Part shown: in pieces, positions 55,273 through 64,000 of the stretch
How positions within the stretch are numbered: position 1 is the first letter of the stretch
How the letters are laid out: every line of letters starts with the position of its first letter
Source of the DNA: Eledone cirrhosa
Lineage: Eukaryota
DNA: 64,000 nucleotides
NCBI GenBank assembly: GCA_964016885.1
Contig: OZ024743.1
Coordinates: 19,592,001 to 19,656,000 of the forward strand
Direction of reading: 5' to 3'
Program-made: the position numbers and the translations under genes
Notes under the pieces: generated by a model
The model's input: only the letters and a program-made list of their open reading frames with translations
The model's database searches: none
Told to the model about the DNA's origin: nothing

Positions 55273-58200
55273 AACATATACATGCACGCAGCATGTATGT
55301 ATATATGTAGTTATGACACATGAATGCATGCATATGTGTATGTATATATGTATGTGTACATGCATATGTATGTATGTACATGCATATGTATGTATGTATT
55401 AGCTTTCCATGAATAAAAACATTTCTATTCATTCAGTATGTTTGCAGTTGGAGAATATTTTTTAAATATTCGTCTTATTGTGAATATAAAAAGTTAGTCT
55501 GCTAAAATCGTTTCTAGACACTATTTAGAATCTCAAAATACATTTGATTGTGAACTAGCATTATTATATAGTTAATTGCCCATATGGAGATCAAATGAAA
55601 TGTAATTGGCCTTCAACTAATATAGTTAGTATTCTAACATAATTAATATACAATATGAAGACGTTAAATTTGCATTTATCACGCCAGTGATACATGGACA
55701 TTCAATGAACATACTTTTTAATTTATCTGGTATGAAACATATCCACGTCAAATTGTGAAGATTAGATTTAAATATATTCAAATTTCAGAAATAATTGCCA
55801 CAAAATGTATACACATATGACTATTGTTATATTATCTTCTTTTTGTTTGCTTTCAAATTTGAATTATGCTACCTTGGTATGTTTAATTATATTGGAGATG
55901 ATAGGGTTCAAATTGTGATAGAAATTTATATTGATATGATATGTAGAATACATTGCTTTAATGTAAATGTAATTAGTTTCACATTATTTTATGTATATGC
56001 CAGTCTAGGTGCTCTATGGCTTATTCGGTAATGTATTCCCACCACGAGCAATGATTTGAGGACCATCAATAGCTTTGGTTCTCTTTCCGCAAGACTATAG
56101 TATTGTATATTAATATATAATGATATTATTTGCAATATGTATTATAAATCGGCTACAATAATTCACAACATCTTTAAATCCTTGTGCCAGGTTTCAACAC
56201 TGATACATATAGGTAAAACAAAAGTAACTGCCTAAATACAATATGTAGTTTCTCCCTCCTATGTTCCAAATTCGGATTTTATTATATATGTGTTATATTG
56301 TCATCCTTCTGACATCGGTAGGATAAATATATTAGTGTTGCATTACGTTTGATACCATAACGTCTCATTTAAAGGTTTCAGGCATTAATATAATATGCAA
56401 ATAAGATACTAGAGTATTTCTTTATAGGAGTGTTAGTTTATATGACTCAGTATTTTCTGAAGAATTTATTATTTAAAAATAAGTTATGGAATAAAGAGAC
56501 CAGTTTGTCTATGGAATATATATTATCATTGTAAGGATAGGGACTTAGAAAATTCATTCGTTATGTTTTCCTTATAAATTCCTAAAAAATTCAAAGGAGA
56601 GGAGTGACGACAATATCGTTTCATGATGGGTTTAACCCAGTACTTTTTAGGTATCAAATCCTATAGAGTATTGCCTTGTGGAGACGTTTAAATACTAATG
56701 AAATATGCTGTCTAGAGTCTGATGGGACATTGTTAGTGTTTACTTGATATTAAATTTCGAAATAATAAATAATCTGTTTGTTGCTCTAAAAGATCAGCAG
56801 GAAAAAGAAATTCAATCTAATTGCTCTGGACTTTAAATGAAGGCATTTATTATAAGCATTTAAAAATATTTTCAGATTTATATATTTAATCTAAATACCG
56901 TAATTGGGCGCTGTACTTATTTTTCAGCCTTCCACAACTCTTGAATATATGTATACATCTCACATGTTTGAGCTTAAGAAATAAGTTAGTGTTGAAAGAG
57001 AAGGCAGATATCGTAGCAATACATTCAACATAAAATGGAAAATAGAAATAGAAAGCAAAACATGAAACCAAAGGAATTACATTTAACAATGGAATTCTCC
57101 GACATTATTGTCGTTCAAAAGATATGAGATGCAGTAAGATTATATGTGTTTTCATGTTAAAGTTAAATTTGTTCTTAAAGCAATTTTCAAACAACACGAT
57201 TACTGGAAACATATTACTATTTAATGATATAATATCGTAGCACAATCTACATGTTTTCAATAATGTAATCTGCATGTATGTTAATTATTTAGATGCGTAA
57301 TTGCCAAGAGTATTAGTTACAAGGCTAACAGCGCATTGGTTATAACTTCAATATATTTCTGTCAATTGTTTTAGAACAAAGGAAGTACATATACATACAT
57401 CAGATAACTTAGATTTCAGTAATACATATCATACCAGATTCCTTTGATTAAAGAATAATAAAGTTAACCACCAGTTAAGTGATACGTGAGATCATGAGAA
57501 GTCAAGTAAAATGATTGCATCTGGTTGGATTTTCCACGTCACGAACAGGACTCTTTAGGCAACAAGTGTGCTATTTATTGATACCTCTAAACAGCAAGTA
57601 TCAAACATTTTCCTAATCGTACGAAGGTATAAAATATATAATGATTTATTCTCCATATTTTTAATATTTAAAAGTATATATAATATGATTTGCAGCCAAT
57701 TATATTTGCATATAGATAACACAAATATATAACACACGATGACTTTATACACAGCATATGAATTTGAAATGACGCATTGATTTCCTTATTGTTAATAATA
57801 TTTTTCGGTTGTTGTATTTCTCGGGTTGTGGCTAGTTGCCATAAATGTTCTTATTGTAAACTTAAAATATATCAGACAGGCCAACAAAACTAGTGATACT
57901 GTCGTTAAGATAAAAAAGCAACTAACACCAGCATCCGAACTGTAGGCAGTTCAATTTCTTTGCTACAATTCTCAATTACATAATTCCAAACTTGCACTTT
58001 CGAGATTCACATTAACAATTTACAAAATAATAAGTTGCTGCAGTTGTTGTTTAGTCCAATTCAGGTCTTATTCGGAAAATCTAAGATTAAAATAATTATA
58101 AGTTTGCATTATCCAATGTAACTTAATTATTTACGATAATAGATGTCCAAAGCGGCGAACATCAGAAAAATATCTTGCGATGTTTATTCTGGCTCATTCA

Positions 58201-58805
58201 TTTCTTATTTCAAATCGAGCCGGGATCAACTTCTCGTTCCACGACGTCCTTTATTATATAAAAGAAAAACATTCTACTTTTTATTCCTTCAGTGAAGACA
58301 TGCGGAGTTATTTCTATGAAGTCAATGTTATTGATCAACTCACGCACAGTATTATCGATTTTCTGAGATATTAAAGGTAAAAATTTACCTCAGAGAAAAT
58401 TCCAAGCGTGAACAAAGGGAAAATCTTATTTCGTCATTGCAATGTCTCAAGTAAATCAGAGTACTGTCTCAGCCACGTTCGCTGCTTTCGCTCCCCAATG
58501 AAAAGATATCTTGGAGACGACACAAATTATTGATATCTACACAAAGCTAAATTTTGTAAGGCATTTAGTTCGATGCTTTACCGTTTCTGCTATTCCAGCA
58601 ACTTAGACAAAAGAAAATATCGATTGCTTACAATGGCACGAAGCCAGAAGCGAGACATAATTTTACCAAAAATATTTTTTTTACGTCCATAGATGGAAAA
58701 CCTTGACTTTTAGAAAACATCGGACGTCTAGTAATAATTGTTTCAGTAGTAGAAATAGCAACATAAACACCAACATTATTATTAGCATCAGAAGCAACAG
58801 CAGCT

Positions 58806-58807
58806 GC

Positions 58808-58878
<71 letters not shown>

Positions 58879-58927
58879 CAGCAACAGTAATAGAAGCAGC
58901 AGCAGCAGCATCAGTAGTAGTAGTAGC

Positions 58928-59006
<79 letters not shown>

Positions 59007-59022
59007 ATAGTAGTAGTAATAA
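58806..59022. repeat. (TAG)n/(CAG)n microsatellite
   Basis: Directly visible. Confidence 0.95.
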
Positions 59023-59696
59023 TACATTTACACGCCGCCATTGTTTTCTCAGTAATACGGCAACAATTCTTCTCAATTTGACATAAAACAGTCAAAGTTG
59101 TTTCATAGTAGCAATAAGATGTAGTTGCATTTAAAGTAACTGTTGCAATCATGAATTGCTGCTGAGTCGCGAATACCATTCGGAAACAAGACGAATAAAA
59201 AAAAAGTATTGATTTTTTTCTAAAATAAAAATATACAATTCTATTATTCTAGTGGTCATAGAAATCAAGTTGACATTTTTCGACGGAAAATTCTACAGAA
59301 AACTATACAAATTTCTACTTATTAATTCAGACCAAATATATTTAGATTTTGGACCTTATACTTAAGTATATATATATGGTCGACATTAGAGATATACGGG
59401 ATGCGAAAAACCAGTTTAAACTAGATAATGGTCTTTTATTAAAATATATTTATTATTGGCTCAGTGATGTTCCTTACAATGTGGCAATGTATGTTTTTTT
59501 GTAGTTTTCCTTTATATATATAAAACAAAATTTGCTTCCGCTCATAACATGTTGGATACCTAAATGTATTCCTGAGTGAATAATAATAATATTATATCAC
59601 AATATTATCAATATCATTGATCTTCGGTTTGTATGCAAGCAAACAACCTTATCAACACTGCGTATTAGATGACCAATGTCTTCCTTTTGTTCAAGC

Positions 59697-59739
<43 letters not shown>

Positions 59740-59741
<2 letters not shown>

Positions 59742-59920
59742 CAAATTGGGTGTGGTAAGATACCAGATGCACGATAACGCACCAGAGTACTTAATACTTA
59801 GGGTAGTAGAGTAGGTAATAGTAAAATAGTCAGGATCCTGACGGCTGAGTTCCGGCCGTTTCGACAGCTAGGTCTGAGGAAACGGCTGGAGCTCAGCTGT
59901 CGGGTTCCTGACTTTTTTTC
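59740..59920. mobile_element. Fold-back remnant of the 48.2-50.2 kb family (HHR 3' halves only)
   Basis: Shares the TGTGGTAAG..ACCAG..ATAACGCACCA.AGTACT.AATACTT..GGTAGTAGAGT tail and GAAACGGCT.GAGCTCAGCTGTCGGG. Confidence 0.75.
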
Positions 59921-59924
59921 TATA

Positions 59925-59993
<69 letters not shown>

Positions 59994-60679
59994 GTATGTA
60001 TGTATGTATATATATATAAATATATATATAGTTTTTTATCAGATTTTATATACATTTTAAGATATATTAAGGAATAAACTGCAAACATTGCCTACGTTTT
60101 GGTAACTTTTGTATTTTTTCTCTATTTTTGGCGATTGAACAAAATTGTGACGAAACAGATCAGCTGAATATGGGTGTGGATTTCATTTGTGAAACGACAC
60201 CCGTTTTGTTTTATCGATCGTTTTAATTTTTTTCCTAGATACATTTACCAATGTTCTTTATTTAAAAGAAGATGGATCCTAAACAACGAATCATGTTCGA
60301 AATGGAAAAATAGTAAGACAGAGAGATGAGAACAGAAACAGCATGTGACTAAGACAGAGGGTGAAGTATATAAATCGTCCAGCGTTTTCTCGCACGCAAG
60401 GTTACGATGTAATGGTGTTCATATTGCAATGCAAATGAATAAAAACAAAAAAGAAAATACCGACAAGAACAACAGTAACATCATCAACAAGCTCTACTAC
60501 TGTTACAACAACAAAACTGACGACGACGACGACACACAAAACATGAGCTGCAGAACATACAACAATATTGACACAACTAACAGAAACAGGAGCCTTTGTT
60601 TATCGATTTTAATAAAGATTTTCTGATTTTGTCAGATGCGAACAACAATAATAGCACGCCTAGTGGCAACTAAAGCATA

Positions 60680-60902
60680 ATAATAATGCTTTCTAGTTTA
60701 GGCACATGGCCAGCAATATTGGTGAGGGGAAAGTCGGTTAAATTGACCCCATTGCATGACTGGTACTTTATTTTATAGACCCCGAAAAGATGAAAAGCAA
60801 GACTAACCTCGGAGGAATTCGAACTCCGGGCGGAAAGGGCCGTAACCTTATGTCACAAAGCAGGATGCCCGACGCTCTACCGATATTGCCAATCCACCAC
60901 TC
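60680..60902 (-). mobile_element. tRNA-derived SINE
   Basis: Full head-core-tail on the minus strand. Confidence 0.8.
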
Positions 60903-60917
60903 TAATAATAATAATAA

Positions 60918-61100
60918 TAATTGTTTCTACTTTTGGCACGAGACCAGCAATTATCCCAGGTATTACTAGTACTTTATTTCATCGACCCTGTAAGGATGAA
61001 AGGCAAAGCTAACCCCATTGGGATTTGAACTCATAACATAAAGGTCCGTAACTCTATGCCGTTAAGCATGCTGTCCGACGTTCTGCCAATCTACCACCCT
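60918..61100 (-). mobile_element. tRNA-derived SINE (tandem with the previous copy, separated by (TAA)n)
   Basis: Same family, minus strand. Confidence 0.8.
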
Positions 61101-61134
61101 AATGATAATAATAATAACAACAACAACAACAATA

Positions 61135-61622
61135 ATGCTTTCTTTATTAACCACAAGGGTTTACACAAAGTAAGACATTGAGGACGGTACAGGACAATAC
61201 AGGATAATACAGGACAATACAGGACAATACAGGACAATACAGGACGGTACAAACGGGCATTTCTGCGTATAAAAAAACAAAAAAACAGAGGATGTAACAA
61301 AAAAGGAACAATGAAAAATTCCCCAATAGGGGGGACACTTCTGAGGGCCATCGTGGAGAAAGCCCATTAAAAAAAGCCACGTGACCCTGACCACCAAGGC
61401 AAGTGCCCTCTCCCAGTTTTCCACCTCAATGTACAGGCACATACTCAGAATAGACCCATTCACTCGGGCCATTCTTGCTTCTCTCACCCATCTTTCAACA
61501 AAATGCTGGGAAGAGAGCACCTCCCTCTCTACCCTGATTTTCCTTTTCAAATGAAATTTGAAAAAGTTAATCAGGGCATCACCGAAGAGGTAAGTGCTCG
61601 TCTTCAGCCCTTTCAGACTCGT
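61135..61622 (-). mobile_element. Probable L1/Tx1-like LINE 3' end with internal (AGGACAATAC)n
   Basis: C-terminal LINFFKFHLKRKIRVERE..FVERW, a pyrimidine-rich 3' UTR and terminal AATAAAGAAAG. Confidence 0.5.
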
Positions 61623-62311
61623 CTGGTCACCTATCGAACATTGTATTTATGACATGTTGCTTCCGTCCAGATTCTGGAGGTTGGTCTCATCAATGCACAG
61701 CATGTACTACAAAGCTGGAGATATTGTTAGACATCCCACTACAACAAAGATATGAAGGAGCTATGTCGTCTTAATCAGACTACTTCACTGTAATTGTGAT
61801 AGGCGATATTCAATATTGAGGTATTCAATATGGTTCAAATATAAAACAAGGCTGTAACAGGGGCAAATATCAACCCGAACAAGTTGACGGGTTAGAAGTT
61901 TGGCACATGGAAAGACATCGTGCAGTGCCATGAAGCGTTTGATAGATGAACTGGTAAAGTTTCTTGGAATCTGATTCAGTCGTGACCTCAATATGAATGC
62001 CAAATGGGACGAGGTTATGAGTAGGGTAGACAATTTCCATCGGAAACGTCATGAACGATCAGGCAAACTGGTAAACTCATCTATTGCGTTAATTTGAAAA
62101 GGAACTAGAGAATGAAGAGGAAAATGATGCCTCACAGTAAATGTGTTGAATTTTGAAATATAGTGGCGAAAGAGGGATACTTCTTGTGACATGAACCTAT
62201 AGGCAGGGGTATTTATTCTTGATGGTCAGGGTGGACTAAACTTTGAGGTGTTTCTTTGAATCGTTTTAGATTACTGGAGGTATTTTATTGTTGTTATTAT
62301 TTGCTCTACAA

Positions 62312-62428
62312 GGGGTCTATAAAATAAAGCAGAAGTAATACACTGAGAACAATTTAATCGACTTTCTCCTCATCGGACATTGCTGGCCTTGCGTCTAATG
62401 TAGAGACAATTGTTATTATTATTATTGA
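62312..62428 (+). mobile_element. SINE 3' fragment
   Basis: GGGGTCTATAAAATAAAG..ATTGCTGGCCTTGCGTCTAATGTAGAGACAATT. Confidence 0.6.
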
Positions 62429-62697
62429 TAACATCATACACATCAATAATTACAGGGTGTGTTTAGTAGAAAATAATTACTTTTCTTTGATTACAATATT
62501 CAAAATTAAAACGTTTGTATCGCCAAGTATGACCTAACCTCGTAATTTTCACTCTGACAAATAGTACCACCACCACCACTACAAGTAAAACTAAAATCTC
62601 AGATACCGCTGCCGTATCAGATACTCATCTTTCGACCTCATCATCCTCAACTTTGACTAATACAATAAATGATTAGCCACTCTCAATAAACGTTTTA

Positions 62698-62731
<34 letters not shown>

Positions 62732-62759
62732 GGATACATTCACGCACGTACATACATGC

Positions 62760-62813
<54 letters not shown>

Positions 62814-62956
62814 TGGCTGCCAACTCGTTTTCGAGTACGGCCACTACTTTATATCCGTGTAGGAGAACCCCTACCGATGCGCTGAACGAGTGTGACTTTT
62901 TAGTCCAGCCAGCGACTTGAAAACTCTGGTACAAACACTACATTTGTGACAATTAC

Positions 62957-63593
62957 TGACACATAGTCCTGGGCCCATGGTACCATGTGATGACAAGTGC
63001 AGAGAGATCTCCAGATATAAAGCAATGCCTGTGCCGTGAAGCTTTTATAGTGAGCAAAGGCACTGCACAAAGCCAGCCCCACTCTCTTAACCAAGATCAT
63101 ATTTACCAAAAAGAAGAACAAGTCAATATCATTGGATACCATCAGGTTTGCAACAGTTATATCAGAGTTTTCCTTCTCCTAGAATTCTGCCTTGACAAAG
63201 GCTAAGGGGTCATCTCTCCCGGTGATTTTGGATGGCCATTGACTCTTAAGAGCTCCTTTGCTCTTTAACAGGTTTTGTTTTTACTCCTGCACGATGTCCA
63301 AAGTCACCCTCCTCACCAAGAAACATTGGTGAGGTTGCCAGTTTAGTCGCCAACGACCCGACCATGAGACAGGTTGTACTGGGATACATGTTACCAGTAG
63401 CACCAACTGGAGACCTGACATATAGTGCTGGGCCCATGGTACCATGTGATGACAAGTGCAGAGAGATCTCCAGATATAAAGCAATGCCTGTGCCGTGAAG
63501 CTTTTACAGTGAGCAAAGACACTGCACAAAGCCAGTCCCACTCTCTTAACCAAGATGATATTTACCAAAAGGAAGAACAAGTCAACATTGGAT
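62957..63593. repeat. ~180-bp direct repeat, 459-bp period
   Basis: 62957-63138 matches 63417-63593; lies within an insert between (TA)n tracts. Confidence 0.85.
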
Positions 63594-64000
63594 ATATATA
63601 TATATATATATACAAACATACGTATGTATCTTATTGTGCGCGTGTGTGTGTGTTGTGGTTGTGCTTTTTTTGCTCTCCTGGTCTTGGAACATGTGCACCA
63701 AAGAGTTTAGTACAACTTCCGTTACGTTCCAAAATGATGACAAATATCTATCAAATTTAAGCATTTCGTAGTGAGAGAATCAGGGGAGCAGTTGAAAAAA
63801 TATATTGTAATATTTACATGCATCTCATTATTTTATAAATTCAAATTCAACCGGAGGCATATATATCTTCCATATATCGGATGTTATATAAACCATGTAT
63901 CAGTCGAATATTTAGGTTTTAATCCTCTACCCCTCCCCATTCATGTGCTGTAGCAATGCTAGAAACCATTATTTTTTCTTGCTCTTGCTATTGTCTAGTT

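Noticed and set aside
61181-61250. Short direct repeat array
   Set aside because: 10-bp minisatellite without spacers; not CRISPR.

Overview
AT-rich animal DNA with no credible host protein-coding gene. An octopus/cephalopod origin is inferred from the SINE type and the (TA)n/(CA)n/(GA)n landscape. The window is a mosaic of microsatellites and transposon remnants: four AT-rich Penelope-like elements (PLEs, Naiad-like), one GC-rich Neptune-like PLE, a near full-length RTE LINE, CR1-like, R4/Dong-like, L1/Tx1-like and older RTE fragments, tRNA-derived SINEs, mariner/Tc1 remnants and an internally deleted Helitron. Reading by eye reveals about 18 type I hammerhead ribozyme (HHR) motifs between 13 and 54 kb. 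Some lie in PLE 3' ends. Most lie in non-coding elements inserted into (TA)n, often as inverted pairs. Three highlights: (1) a non-coding retrozyme-like family with a ~540-nt tandem monomer and one HHR per unit, found as two diverged subfamilies with compensatory stem changes; (2) a PLE copy whose GIY-YIG region appears to carry dense sense-strand A-to-G changes, consistent with an ADAR hyper-edited RNA fixed in the genome; (3) a HHR with a compensatory U3-A8 core. All structures were read manually, and boundaries of decayed elements are approximate.
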